DNA of 64,000 nt from an uncultured bacterium (GCA_963786935.1 CAWBAN010000001.1:608001-672000), one strand, 5' to 3'; shown: positions 39,012 to 49,729, numbered from the stretch's first letter. Translations and numbers: made by a program. Notes: generated by a model not told the origin, from the letters alone.

Positions 39012-40695
39012 CTACCGGCGCGTCTTTCGCCGCACGGCTTCCTTGATCCGCTGCACGTGCCCTCGCCCGAGCGCCTTGACCTCGCAGCCGAGCTCGAAGT
39101 AGCGCCGGATATCGGCGTCGGAGAGGATGCCGTAGCAATCGATGACGGCGACCGGACCGCCGGCCTTCCGCACGATCCACGACGGATCGAGCTTCAGGTA
39201 CGGATCGTGCGGCACCGCGAAGATGACCGCCTCGACTCCCTTGAGCGCTGCGCCGAGGTCCTTGGCGACCCGGAGCTATTCTCAGATCCTCCTGGTTGCG
39301 GAAGAAGCGGCTCCACGAATGCCCCGGAGACGGGTACGTCTCCTGCATCTCGAGCTCGTACCAGTGTTCGACGTAGGGATCGTGCACGCGCATGTAGGCG
39401 CCCATCTCGGCGAGCTTCCGCAGGACCATCTCGCTCCCGCTGTACCGCGTATCGCCGACATCCTGCCGGTAGCTCGCGCCGCAGACGAGCACCTCGGCGC
39501 CCGCGATGTACCGACCCATGTTCCGCAGGGCGTCGCGGACGAGCTCGGCGACGTGGAGCCCGCGCGTGTCGTTGATGTCGATCGCCGTCGGCGTGATCTT
39601 GAACACGCTGTCGCCGTCCTCGAAGCCGAGGATGTGCTGGTACGCCCAGTAGCCGAGCCCGCCGTCCTTCGGCAGGCAGTAGCCGCCGATGCCGGGGCCC
39701 GGGAATATCATATTGCTGTGCGTCGGGCGCATCCGGATCGCCGTGATGACCTTCGATGAGATCGACGCCGTTGCGCTCGGCGAAGAGACTCCATTCGTTC
39801 AGGAACGCGAGGATCGTCGCGCGGTACGAGTTCTCGACGATCTTCGTCGTCTCGGATTCGATCGGCCGGTCCATGACGGTGAGGGGGAAATCCTTCGTGT
39901 TGAGGACCTCGCGGAGGAACTTCTCGACGCGCTTCGCCGCCTCGGCGTTGCATCCCGAGCAGACGCGCCAGAAATCGCGGATGCTGCGCACGTACTCGCG
40001 TCCCGGCATGACGCGCTCGAAGCTGTGCGCCAGCAGCGGCGCCGATTTGATGCCGCGCTCGGCGAAGGCGCGTTTGAGGATCGGCCACACGACGAACTCC
40101 GTCGTGCCGGGCGCCACCGTCGTCTCGATCAGCACGAGGCATTTCGGCCGCGATCTTCTCGCCGACGGTGCGCATCGTCGCCTCGAGGGCTGCCATGTCG
40201 GCTTCCCCCGTGCGCATGTTGCCGAGGTCGTGCTTGAGGTAGTCGCACTGGACGTCGATGACGACGCAGTCGGCGAGCTTCAGGACGTCGCTCGCGAAGG
40301 TCGCGGTGAAGGGTCTTCTTCTCCTTCACGGTCCGCGCGATGATCTCGTCCACCTCGGGATCCTCCGCCTTGACGGGAGCGGCGCCGCGGTTGAGGACCG
40401 GGATCTTCCAGTAGCTCCGGGTGCTCGGCCGCTGGCAGCCGATGACGAACTTGCCCGGCCGTCCCTTCGCGTCGGTCGTGTCCGCGATGATCGCGGCCAT
40501 GACGACGCCGACGAAACCGACCCCCATGACGACGACGATCTCCTTGCGCTCCCGCCGCGCGCGCCGTACGAGGGCCTCGACGCGTTTGATTTCGGCCGCG
40601 TACTCGTCCGTTCGGGGAAGGGGAAATCGCTCGCCGTCCGGGCTTATCGAAAATTCCGGGGCCGCCGTGAAGCCGACCGCTTTGCGCTGAGCCAT
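39012..40695 (-). pseudogene. Nucleotide-sugar dehydrogenase (UDP-glucose/GDP-mannose DH family), four frameshifts
   Basis: GVGFVG Rossmann, IETTVAPGTT, KIVENSYRA, GPGIGGYCLPKD and SYRQDVGDTR lie in successive frames; single-base shifts near 40310, 40147, 39754 and 39279. Confidence 0.85.
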
Positions 40696-40845
40696 GGAAC
40701 GAACCTCCTCGTCGCGGATATCCGAATCGATCGCGTCGAATTTCGAGGGTACGGGCTCCCGGCGGGAAAGGCCACAGAAAAATCGTCGCGCGCCGCCGTC
40801 GAACGCGCTATACTGCGGGCCGAAACACACCGAGGAGGGCGCGCG

Positions 40846-41190
40846 ATGACTGCGGAACGAAATGCGGAATCGGCCGAGTTCAGGGGAAAGGCTGCGAATC
40901 TCTGCGGGCTCGCCGAATACCAGCGGGGGGCGGTGGTGAGCAGGACGCTCATCGACCGGAAGATCGGCACGGTGACGATCTTCGCGTTCGACGAGGGACA
41001 GGGCTTGAGCGAGCATACGGCGCCGTACGACGCGTTCGTGCACGTCGTCGACGGCGAGGCCGAGATCACGATCTCGGGCGCTCCCCTGACGGCGCGCGCC
41101 GGGGAGATCGTCATCATGCCGGCGGGGGCGCCGCATTCGCTCAGGGCGCTCAAGCGGTTCAAGATGCTGCTCACGATGATACGGGCGTGA
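40846..41190 (+). CDS. Cupin-domain protein
   Basis: VVSRTL, FAFDEGQGLSEHTAP, MPAGAPHSL; GAGGAGG SD. Confidence 0.9.
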   Translation: MTAERNAESAEFRGKAANLCGLAEYQRGAVVSRTLIDRKIGTVTIFAFDEGQGLSEHTAPYDAFVHVVDGEAEITISGAPLTARAGEIVIMPAGAPHSLRALKRFKMLLTMIRA

Positions 41191-41419
41191 CGCCGGCGGC
41201 GCGCGGAACCCCGCGGGGACCGAACGGCCCCGGGTCCGCGATTCCCCGTTGCGCGGGTTTTCGAAATCGGATAGTCTTCTTCCGCGCGGCAGACGCCGGG
41301 GCGCGGCGGATTCGCGAAGGTGCGGACGATGGGGGATGGGTGCGGGACGGCGGGATCGCCCGTTTTCCATGATCGTATTCCCGTTCGACACATAGCGGCG
41401 CGTGGTGGTGTGGAGGTGG

Positions 41420-42547
41420 ATGATGGGTTGTACGGAGGCGGCGCGGCTCTGGCTCGAGATCTTTCTCGCGCGCGGGGCGCGTCCGGACGCGTGGATTTCG
41501 CTCGCGCTCGGCAGCTCGCTCGAAGAGGTCGCCGGCCTGCTCGGGAGCGAGGCGGAACGGGAGCGTTTGAGCAGGATTCTCGCCCGCCGGATCGAGCCGG
41601 CCGATCGCTCATTCCTCGAGGAGCAGCTCGCGCGGATCGAGCGCGAGGGATGGGGGCTCGTTTCACTGTCGGACGAATCGTATCCGCCCCTGCTCCGGCA
41701 CATCCCCGATCCGCCGCCGGTCCTGTTCTGCGCGGGGAATCCGGCCGCGCTGGCGCGGATGACGATCTGCGTCGTCGGCTCGCGGCGGAGCTCGAGACAC
41801 GGCCTCGCGAACGCCGCGAACATCGCCCGGGAGCTCTCCGAGCGGGGCGTGCACGTCGTGAGCGGGCTCGCGCGCGGGATCGACGCCGCGGCCCACGAGG
41901 GGGCGCTCCTCGCGGACGGGGGGACGTCGGCGGTGCTCGGATGCGGGATCGACGTCGTGTATCCCGCGGAGCACCTCGCGCTCTTCGGGAGAATCGCGGA
42001 GCGGGGATGCGTCGTCTCGGAGTTTCCACTCGGAACGCCCCCGCTGAAGCACCACTTTCCCCGGCGAAACAGAATCCTGAGCGGCCTCTCGCTCGGCGTC
42101 GTGGTCGTCGAAGCGGATATCGGCAGCGGCGCCATGGGAACCGCCCAGTGGGCGGGTGAGCAGGGGCGGGAGGTTTTCGCGGTGCCGGGGCCGATCGATT
42201 ATCCGGGCAGCAGGGGGCCGCACCGGCTCATCCGCGACGGGGCGACGCTCGTCGAGAGCGCCGCGGACGTCATCGCGGCCATTCCCGGCCTCGCCCCGGG
42301 CGCCGCCCGGCGGGACGCCGGGGGGGAATCGCGCGCCGCGGAGCGCTTCAGCGACGAGGAACGCTCCGTGCTCTCGGCGCTCGACACCGATCCGAAACAT
42401 ATTGATGAGGTGCTTCGATTTTGTCATATTCCTCCTGCGGCGGCGCTGCCCCTGCTCCTCGATCTCGAGATGCGGGGCATCGTCGTATCGTGCGGGAACG
42501 GCGCATACGCCCTCGCCCGGCCGCTCGAAGGCCCTGACGAACGCTGA
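41420..42547 (+). CDS. dprA: DNA-processing protein
   Basis: YPPLLRHIPDPPPVL, VVGSR, VSGLARGID, FPRRNRILSGLS, REVFAVPG, C-terminal winged helix. Confidence 0.95.
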   Translation: MMGCTEAARLWLEIFLARGARPDAWISLALGSSLEEVAGLLGSEAERERLSRILARRIEPADRSFLEEQLARIEREGWGLVSLSDESYPPLLRHIPDPPPVLFCAGNPAALARMTICVVGSRRSSRHGLANAANIARELSERGVHVVSGLARGIDAAAHEGALLADGGTSAVLGCGIDVVYPAEHLALFGRIAERGCVVSEFPLGTPPLKHHFPRRNRILSGLSLGVVVVEADIGSGAMGTAQWAGEQGREVFAVPGPIDYPGSRGPHRLIRDGATLVESAADVIAAIPGLAPGAARRDAGGESRAAERFSDEERSVLSALDTDPKHIDEVLRFCHIPPAAALPLLLDLEMRGIVVSCGNGAYALARPLEGPDER

Positions 42548-42551
42548 ACCG

Positions 42552-43706
42552 ATGGAACAGGCGACCCAAAACGGAAAGCGCGCGGCGACGCGAAAGACCG
42601 TCTCCGTCGTGAAGTGCGCGCGGTACGAGCCGGCCTCGCTCCGCGAAGCGCTGCGCCGGGCCCTCGAGCCGCTCGGCGGGATCGAGGCGTTCGTGCGGAG
42701 CGGGCAGCGCGTGCTCCTCAAGCCCAACCTGCTCTCCGCGAAGGATCCCGGGCGAGCCATCACGACGCATCCGAATCTTGTCGAGGCGGTCGCCGATGAG
42801 GTCCGCGCGGTCGGCGCCGTGCCGTTCATCGGCGACAGCCCCGGCGGCGCGATCCGGGGCATCAAGCGCGTCTGGGCGAACACGGGGATGGAGGAGATGG
42901 CGCGGCGCGCCGGCATCGAGCTCGTGAACTTCGAGGCCTCCGGCTCGAAGGCGATCCCGTTCGGGAAATACACGTTCTACATCTCGAAGCCGGTGCTCGA
43001 GGCGGACGTCATCATCAACCTGCCGAAGCTCAAGACGCATTCGCTCACGCTCATGACGTGCGCGGTGAAGAACATGTTCGGCGTCATGCCGGGCTTCCGG
43101 AAAGGGGAGCAGCACAAGAGGTACCCGAAGCCCGGCGAGTTCGCCGATATGCTCGTGCATCTCTACAAGCTCGTCACGCCGTCCCTGAACATCGTCGACG
43201 CCGTGCTCGCCATGGAGGGCAACGGTCCGAGCTCGGGCACGCCGCGCATGCTCGGGATGCTCATGGCGGGGGAGGACGCCGTCGCGATCGACGCCGTGGC
43301 GGCGAGGATCATCGGATTCCCCGAGGGATTCGTCGATACGACGCGCATCGCGGCGGAGATGGGGCTCGGCGAGGGGAACATCGATAAGATCACGCGTCTC
43401 GGCGACGCGGCGGAGGAGCGGGCCGGGGGATTCGCGCTCCCCTCGAACAGGGCGATGAAGCTCGTGCCGCGGCCGCTCGCGAAGCTCGTCGCTCCGTTCG
43501 TGTGGGTGAAGCCGGTGATCGTGCCGTCGACGTGCACGGGGTGCGGTTTCTGCGCCGAGAGCTGTCCCGTGCAGACGATCCGGAAGGAAGGCGCGGTGTG
43601 CCGCATCGAGGACAAGCGCTGCATCAGGTGCCTGTGCTGCCACGAGCTCTGTCCCGAGTCGAGCATCGAGATCAAGCTGAGCTTCCTCGCACGCTTCTTC
43701 GCGTAG
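42552..43706 (+). CDS. DUF362 protein with C-terminal 2x[4Fe-4S] ferredoxin domain
   Basis: VLLKPNL, INLPKLKTH, AVKNMFG, MEGNGP; two CxxCxxCxxxCP motifs. Confidence 0.9.
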   Translation: MEQATQNGKRAATRKTVSVVKCARYEPASLREALRRALEPLGGIEAFVRSGQRVLLKPNLLSAKDPGRAITTHPNLVEAVADEVRAVGAVPFIGDSPGGAIRGIKRVWANTGMEEMARRAGIELVNFEASGSKAIPFGKYTFYISKPVLEADVIINLPKLKTHSLTLMTCAVKNMFGVMPGFRKGEQHKRYPKPGEFADMLVHLYKLVTPSLNIVDAVLAMEGNGPSSGTPRMLGMLMAGEDAVAIDAVAARIIGFPEGFVDTTRIAAEMGLGEGNIDKITRLGDAAEERAGGFALPSNRAMKLVPRPLAKLVAPFVWVKPVIVPSTCTGCGFCAESCPVQTIRKEGAVCRIEDKRCIRCLCCHELCPESSIEIKLSFLARFFA

Positions 43707-43726
43707 GATTTCGAAAGGCGGAACGC

Positions 43727-44665
43727 ATGCACCCCGTCGCGCGCAGGATCAAGCACCGAATCGAGCTCGCCGGCGTGCGCCTCCTCGTCGCGCTGCCGCG
43801 CGCGTTCCCGCTCAGGACGTCGATCAGGCTCGGCGGCACGCTCGGGCTCTTCTTCTTCGACGTGGTCCGGATGCGGCGCCGCGTGACTCTCGAGAATCTC
43901 GACCGCGCGTTCGGAGATACGCTCGACGCGCGCGAGAAGGTCCGCATCGGCCGCGCCTCGTACGTCAACTTCGCGAAATCGATCATCGAGTTCGCTTCCC
44001 TCGCCCGCCTCGGGAAGGACGACTATCCGCGGATCGTCCGGTTTCGGGGCATCGAGAACCTGCGGGATCCGGTCGGGCAGGGTCGCGGGGTGATCGCCGT
44101 GACGGGGCATTTCGGCAGCTGGGAGCTCCTCGGCGGCGCCGTCGCCTCGTGCGGGCTGCCCGCCGATTTTCTCGTCGGCGAGCAGCAGAACAGCCTCGTG
44201 AACGATCTGATGAACGATCTGCGTCGGTCGGCCGGGATCGGCATCATCGAGCGCGGCGTCGCCGCGCGCGGCGTGTTCGATTCGCTCAAGAAGGGACGGA
44301 TCGTCGCCCTTCTCGCCGATCAGGACGCGCGCAAGGCCGGCGTCTTCGTCGATTTCTTCGGTACGCCCGCCTCCACGTTCCAGGGGCCGGCGCAGTTCGC
44401 GGTCCGCACGGGAGCGCCGCTCGTCTGCTGCGCGATCGTGCGCGGGGCGGACGAGACGCACGAGGCGATTCTGTTCCCGCCGATCTATCCGCGCCCGGGC
44501 GCGGAGCGCGACGCGGAGGTGCTTCGCCTCACGCAGGCGCATGTGAAGGTTCTGGAGGAGTGCGTGCGCCGACATCCCGAGCAGTACTTCTGGGCGCACC
44601 GCCGCTGGAAGACGAGCCCCCCGCTCAGCCCTTCGACGACTTCTTCTCCTGCCCCGGGCCGGTGA
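43727..44665 (+). CDS. Lipid A biosynthesis acyltransferase (LpxL/HtrB family)
   Basis: GHFGSWE, LLADQD, FVDFFG, PEQYFWAHRRWK. Confidence 0.9.
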   Translation: MHPVARRIKHRIELAGVRLLVALPRAFPLRTSIRLGGTLGLFFFDVVRMRRRVTLENLDRAFGDTLDAREKVRIGRASYVNFAKSIIEFASLARLGKDDYPRIVRFRGIENLRDPVGQGRGVIAVTGHFGSWELLGGAVASCGLPADFLVGEQQNSLVNDLMNDLRRSAGIGIIERGVAARGVFDSLKKGRIVALLADQDARKAGVFVDFFGTPASTFQGPAQFAVRTGAPLVCCAIVRGADETHEAILFPPIYPRPGAERDAEVLRLTQAHVKVLEECVRRHPEQYFWAHRRWKTSPPLSPSTTSSPAPGR

Positions 44666-44978
44666 GGCTCTGGAATCCGATGGGGCTCCCGTCGGGCCGG
44701 TTCCCCTTCTGGGGCGCGACGGGGATCGTTCCGAACGCCTCTTCGTACTGCTTGATGGCGCCGGCGAGGACCATATCGAGCGATTTCGCGGACTGCGGCG
44801 TCATGATGATCCGCGCGAACACCTTCGCCTTGTTGATCCCCGGCACGACGCGGGCGAAATCGAGAACGAACTCGCTCGCCGTGTGCGCGGTGAGGACGAA
44901 ATTCGAATAGATGCCTTCGGCCGCTTTCTCGTCGAGCTCGACCGGGATCGGTTGCTGCGGTTGATGCTGCTTCTCCAT
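44625..44978 (-). CDS. DUF3467-family protein
   Basis: GIYSNFV...EFVLDF...ARIIMTPQ.AK...YEEAFG; AAGGAG SD. Confidence 0.85.
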   Translation of the reverse strand: MEKQHQPQQPIPVELDEKAAEGIYSNFVLTAHTASEFVLDFARVVPGINKAKVFARIIMTPQSAKSLDMVLAGAIKQYEEAFGTIPVAPQKGNRPDGSPIGFQSLTGPGQEKKSSKG

Positions 44979-45075
44979 GGCCGCTCCTTTTCTTGCGGGC
45001 GTCTTTCTGCTATGATGTATCAGCTTTGACGGGGCGCGTCAAGGGAGTTCGGGGCGCGGGGAAGGAAGGAATCCG

Positions 45076-45546
45076 ATGTCCCTCAGATGTCCGGAATGCG
45101 GGCGCGAGCATGACGTTTCGCTCTTCGAGCTCGGGCGGGAAGTCGTGTGCTCGTGCGGGAGACGGCTCTCGCTGAAGGACGCTCACGAGGAGACCGGCGC
45201 CGCGCGCGGCGCCGGCGGCCGGGCGCCGATCAGGAACATCGACTGGGACAAGTTCGAGAAGGAGATTTTCGACGCGGCGAACGCGCGTCCCCGCCGGGTT
45301 GACGGGGAGCGGGTGGCCCAGATCAGGGCGATGGCCGACCGCATCTCCGCGCTCATCACCGGGAGCGATCTCCCGCGGGTCGATATCGAAATCGAGGTGC
45401 GAAAATTCCGGGCATATGTCCTCGATCATTTCCCCGAAAAGGAAGAGCTGTTCAAGGCCATATACATCAATCGATTCATCCGTCTATGGGAGGATCATCG
45501 AAAGGGGGAGGGTCCGTTGTTCGGGTGGCGCAGGCGCGGCATCTAA
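45076..45546 (+). CDS. Hypothetical protein with N-terminal zinc ribbon
   Basis: CPECG...CSCG; AAGGA SD; helical C-terminal domain. Confidence 0.75.
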   Translation: MSLRCPECGREHDVSLFELGREVVCSCGRRLSLKDAHEETGAARGAGGRAPIRNIDWDKFEKEIFDAANARPRRVDGERVAQIRAMADRISALITGSDLPRVDIEIEVRKFRAYVLDHFPEKEELFKAIYINRFIRLWEDHRKGEGPLFGWRRRGI

Positions 45547-45702
45547 TCAAACGCGGGCCGCCCGGATCCGGCGGGACGCGCGGCGACAAATTCCTTGATT
45601 AGCCCTCGCGATGTGCGGTATATTCCCGAAAGTATAAACTATAGTGAAAGAGACAGTTCGCCCCTCCGTCCGGGAATCAGCCGGAGAACCGAGCGTCTGT
45701 TG

Positions 45703-46674
45703 ATGCGAAAGAGCAGAGTGAGAGAAATTTGCCGCGCGATGCGGCGCGCGCGGGTCGCCGTCGTCGGCGACATCATGCTCGACCGCTACATCTGGGGATC
45801 GGTCGACCGGATCAGCCCCGAGGCTCCCGTCCCCGTCGTCGCCGTCGCCGATACGACGATCCGTCCCGGCGGGGCGGCGAATGTGGCGTGGAATCTCCTG
45901 TCCCTCGGCGTGAAGGCGTCGCTCGCCGGCGTCGTGGGCCGCGACCGGTCGGGGGACGAGCTCAAGAGCCTTCTGAAGAGCAAGGGCCTGTCCCCGGCGT
46001 CGATTCTCTCGGATGCGCATCGTCCGACGACCGAGAAGATCCGTATCATCGCCCACAGCCAGCAGGTGGTCCGGGCCGATTTCGAGCTGATAGAGCCGAT
46101 GCGGGATGAGCTGCTCGCGAAGCTGCTCGCCGCCGTGCGGCGCGCGGCCGCCGGGGCCGATGCGGTCATCGTGTCCGATTACGGGAAGGGCGTCGTCACC
46201 GGGGATGTCATGGATCTCGTGCGGTCGCTCTGCGCTCGCCGCGGCGTTCCGTTCCTCATCGATCCGAAGGAGGGGCACTTTTCGCTCTATCGCGGCGCCT
46301 ACGCGGTCACGCCGAACAAGAAGGAAGCGGGGGGGTTCTACAACAGGCGGATCAGGAGCGACGAGGATCTCGCGTTCGTCGGAACGTCGCTGCTCCGCGA
46401 CCTCGAAGCGGCGGCCGTTCTCATCACGCGGGGGGAAGAGGGGATGACCCTGTTCCGGAGGGGCGGTCGCCCGCGGCATTTCCCCGCGCGGGCGAGCGAA
46501 GTGTACGACGTGACGGGAGCCGGAGACACCGTGATCAGCGTGCTCGCCGCGGGGCTCGCCGCCGGGGGCTCGATTCACGAGTCGATCGGGATCGCGAACG
46601 TGGCGGCGGGGATCGTCATCAGGGAACTCGGAACCGCGGCCGTCACGCCCGCGGAGCTCGAGGCGGCGTTCTAG
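45703..46674 (+). CDS. rfaE1: D-glycero-beta-D-manno-heptose-7-phosphate kinase (HldE domain I)
   Basis: [35 protein letters not shown]. Confidence 0.93.
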   Translation: MRKSRVREICRAMRRARVAVVGDIMLDRYIWGSVDRISPEAPVPVVAVADTTIRPGGAANVAWNLLSLGVKASLAGVVGRDRSGDELKSLLKSKGLSPASILSDAHRPTTEKIRIIAHSQQVVRADFELIEPMRDELLAKLLAAVRRAAAGADAVIVSDYGKGVVTGDVMDLVRSLCARRGVPFLIDPKEGHFSLYRGAYAVTPNKKEAGGFYNRRIRSDEDLAFVGTSLLRDLEAAAVLITRGEEGMTLFRRGGRPRHFPARASEVYDVTGAGDTVISVLAAGLAAGGSIHESIGIANVAAGIVIRELGTAAVTPAELEAAF

Positions 46675-46684
46675 GAGCGTTCGA

Positions 46685-47158
46685 ATGGCCGACGTGCGAG
46701 ACAAGATGCTTTCCCGGGGCGCGCTCGGGCCTTTCAGGGCGCGGAGCGGGAGGAAGCGCATCGTCTTCACGAACGGGTGCTTCGATATTCTGCACCGGGG
46801 GCATGTCGAGCTCCTCCGCAGGGCGAAGAGCTACGGCGACGTGCTCGTCGTCGGCCTCAACTCGGACGCGTCGGTCCGGCGACTCAAGGGACGCCGGCGT
46901 CCCCTCGTGCGGGAGCGGGACCGGGCGTTCGTGCTCGCGGCGCTCGAGGCGGTCGACCGGATCGTCATCTTCGACGAAGACACGCCGCTCGAGACGATTC
47001 TCGCGCTCGAGCCCGACGTGCTCGTCAAGGGATCCGAGTACGGAAAGGGGCACATCGTGGGCGCGGACATCGTCGAGGGACGAGGCGGCCGCGTCGTCCG
47101 CGTGCCGATGAAGAAGGGTTTTTCGACGTCGTCTTTGATCGAGAAAATACGGAGGTGA
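46685..47158 (+). CDS. rfaE2: Heptose-1-phosphate adenylyltransferase (HldE domain II)
   Basis: [34 protein letters not shown]. Confidence 0.95.
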   Translation: MADVRDKMLSRGALGPFRARSGRKRIVFTNGCFDILHRGHVELLRRAKSYGDVLVVGLNSDASVRRLKGRRRPLVRERDRAFVLAALEAVDRIVIFDEDTPLETILALEPDVLVKGSEYGKGHIVGADIVEGRGGRVVRVPMKKGFSTSSLIEKIRR

Positions 47159-47169
47159 GCGTTTCCTTT

Positions 47170-48489
47170 ATGAAGCGTAAAAGAATCGTCATCATGGGCG
47201 CCGCGGGGCGAGATTTCCATAATTTCAACACGCTCTATCGGGGGAGGAAGGACGTCGAGGTCGTCGCCTTCACGGCCACCCAGATCCCCGATATCGAAGG
47301 GAGGAAATACCCCGCCTCCCTCGCGGGAGCGCTCTACCCCAAGGGGATTCCGATCGTCGCCGAGTCCGAGCTCGCCGGGCTCATCGTGAAGCACGCCGTC
47401 GACGAGGTGATGTTCGCGTACAGCGACGTCTCGAACCAGTACGTCATGGAGAAGGCCGCGCTCGTGAACTCCCTCGGCGCGCATTTCACCCTCGCCGGCG
47501 CCGCGCCGACGATGGTCAAGAGCGTGAAGCCGCTCATCTCGATCTGCGCGGTGCGCACGGGGAGCGGCAAGAGCCAGACGACGCGCCGGGTCGCCGACAT
47601 CCTCATCGAGGCGGGGTACAAGGTCGTCGCGATCAGGCATCCGATGCCCTACGGCAATCTCGCGAAGCAGAAGGTCCAGCGGTTCGCCACGCTCGACGAC
47701 CTCGCGAAGCACGAGTGCACGATCGAGGAGATCGAGGAGTACGAGCCGCATATCGTGAAGGGCGTCATCATCTACGCCGGCGTCGATTACGAGGCGATCC
47801 TCCGGCAGGCGGAGAAGGAAGCGGACGTCGTCCTGTGGGACGGCGGCAACAACGATCTGCCGTTCTACAAGCCGGACCTCAACATCGTCGTCGCCGATCC
47901 GCACCGCCCCGGGCACGAGCTCACGTACTATCCGGGACGCGCGAACATACTCATGGCGGACGCGATCGTCATCAACAAGATCGACACGGCGGACCTGGCC
48001 GGCGTCGAGCAGGTCAGGGCGAACATCATGGCGCTCAACCCCCGCGCGATCGTGATCGACGGCGCCTCGCCCATCCGCGTCGACCACGCCGAGCGGATCA
48101 AGGGGAAGCGCGTGCTCTGCGTGGAGGACGGCCCGACGCTCACGCACGGCGGCATGAAGTACGGCGCCGCGATCATGGCGGCCCGGAAATACCACGCGAA
48201 AGAGATCGTCGACCCGAGGCCCTACGTCACCGGCACGATCGCGAAGACGTTCGTGAAGTATCCGGACATCGGCGTGCTGCTGCCGGCGATGGGGTACGGC
48301 GCCGAGCAGGTGAAGGATCTCCAGAAGACGATCTCGCGCGTTCCCTGCGATCTCGTGATCATCGGAACGCCGATCGATCTTCAGCGATACGTCAAGATTC
48401 CGCAGCCCTCGCTCAGGGTGATGTACGATCTGCAGGAGATCGGGCGCCCCGACCTGCGGGACGTGATCGGCAAGTATATGAAGATATAA
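47170..48489 (+). CDS. COG2403 P-loop protein (cDPG-synthetase-like), likely arginine synthetase ArcE
   Basis: GAAGRDFHNFN, AFTATQIPDI, AVRTGSGKSQT, RHPMPYG, WDGGNND, EDGPTLTHGGM, LPAMGY. Confidence 0.8.
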   Translation: MKRKRIVIMGAAGRDFHNFNTLYRGRKDVEVVAFTATQIPDIEGRKYPASLAGALYPKGIPIVAESELAGLIVKHAVDEVMFAYSDVSNQYVMEKAALVNSLGAHFTLAGAAPTMVKSVKPLISICAVRTGSGKSQTTRRVADILIEAGYKVVAIRHPMPYGNLAKQKVQRFATLDDLAKHECTIEEIEEYEPHIVKGVIIYAGVDYEAILRQAEKEADVVLWDGGNNDLPFYKPDLNIVVADPHRPGHELTYYPGRANILMADAIVINKIDTADLAGVEQVRANIMALNPRAIVIDGASPIRVDHAERIKGKRVLCVEDGPTLTHGGMKYGAAIMAARKYHAKEIVDPRPYVTGTIAKTFVKYPDIGVLLPAMGYGAEQVKDLQKTISRVPCDLVIIGTPIDLQRYVKIPQPSLRVMYDLQEIGRPDLRDVIGKYMKI

Positions 48490-48491
48490 AG

Positions 48492-48529
48492 CGATACATT
48501 ATATTATCGTTGTAATAGATTGTCTATTA
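48492..48529. promoter_or_regulatory. AT-rich intergenic region with two palindromes upstream of sucC
   Basis: CGATA-N8-TATCG (48492-48509) and TAATAGA-ttg-TCTATTA (48513-48529). Confidence 0.5.
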
Positions 48530-48550
48530 AGTATTTAATGGAGGTGTGGC

Positions 48551-49684
48551 TTGAAGGTCCATGAAGCTGATGCCCGCGCTCTGTTCGCGAAGTCCGGACT
48601 GCCCGTTCCGCCGAGCCGCCTCGCGCTGAACGCCGAGGAAGCGGGAAAAGCGGCGGCGGAGATCGGCTGCCCCGTGGTCGTCAAGGCGCAGGTCCTTGTC
48701 GGGGGACGCGGAAAGGCGGGCGGGGTCAAGCTCGCCGCGACTCCCGACGAAGCCGCCGCCAAGGCGAAGGCCATCATCGGAATGGACATCAAGGGAATCA
48801 GGGTGGAGAAGGTCCTCGTCGCGCGGGCCGTCGACATCGCGAGCGAGTTCTACGCGGGCATCGTGATCGACCGGCGGAGTCGCAAGCCGCTCCTGATGGT
48901 GTCGCCGGCCGGGGGGATCGACATCGAGGAGGTTGCCCGGACTTCCCCGGAGAAGATCGTCAAGGTCGTCATCGATCCCGCGTGGGGCATCCTTCCGTTC
49001 CAGATGCGGCGGATGACCGCCGCGCTCACCGGCGACAAGGAAATCGCCAAAAAGGTCGGCCCGGTGCTCGCCGGCCTCTACCGCGCGTTCATGGCGGTCG
49101 ACGCCTCCCTCGCCGAGATCAATCCGCTCGTCGTCACTCCGGCGGGAGAGGTCTGGGCGATCGACGCGAAGATCAACATCGACGACAGCTCCCTGTTCCG
49201 CCAGAAGGACGTCGCCGCGCTGCGCGACGAATCGGCCGAGGATCGCGGCGAGGTGGAAGCCCGGGACGCGGGGCTCTCCTTCGTGAAGCTCGACGGGAAT
49301 ATCGGTTGCATCGTGAACGGCGCCGGCCTCGCGATGGCGACGATGGACATGATCAAGCACTTCGGCGGGCAGCCCGCCAATTTTCTCGACATCGGCGGCT
49401 CCTCGAGCCCCGACAAGGTCCTCACGGCGATGCGGATCATCCTGCGGGACCGGAACGTGAAATCGATCCTCATCAATATATTCGGCGGCATCACCCGCTG
49501 CGACGACGTCGCCCTCGGCCTCATCGAGGCGAAGAAGCAGCTCGGCGGCGAAATTCCCCTCGTCGTCCGGCTCATCGGAACGAACGAGGACCGGGCGCGG
49601 GAGATACTCCGCGGCACTGAGCTCATCGCGGCCGCCACGATGGAGGACGGGGTCACGAAGGCGATCGCGGCCGCGAAACGGTAA
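48551..49684 (+). CDS. sucC: Succinyl-CoA synthetase beta subunit
   Basis: VKAQVLVGGRGKAGGV, EINPL, NGAGLAMATMD, PANFLDIGG, NIFGGI. Confidence 0.96.
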   Translation: MKVHEADARALFAKSGLPVPPSRLALNAEEAGKAAAEIGCPVVVKAQVLVGGRGKAGGVKLAATPDEAAAKAKAIIGMDIKGIRVEKVLVARAVDIASEFYAGIVIDRRSRKPLLMVSPAGGIDIEEVARTSPEKIVKVVIDPAWGILPFQMRRMTAALTGDKEIAKKVGPVLAGLYRAFMAVDASLAEINPLVVTPAGEVWAIDAKINIDDSSLFRQKDVAALRDESAEDRGEVEARDAGLSFVKLDGNIGCIVNGAGLAMATMDMIKHFGGQPANFLDIGGSSSPDKVLTAMRIILRDRNVKSILINIFGGITRCDDVALGLIEAKKQLGGEIPLVVRLIGTNEDRAREILRGTELIAAATMEDGVTKAIAAAKR

Positions 49685-49729
49685 CCGGCGGCCGGCGTCG
49701 GACGGCATATATTCGACAAGGAGGACGTC

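Noticed and set aside
48488..48516. Possible dif site
   Set aside because: AT-rich with TATATTAT, but the XerD arm (TTATGTTAAA) is poorly matched; more simply a promoter or operator region.
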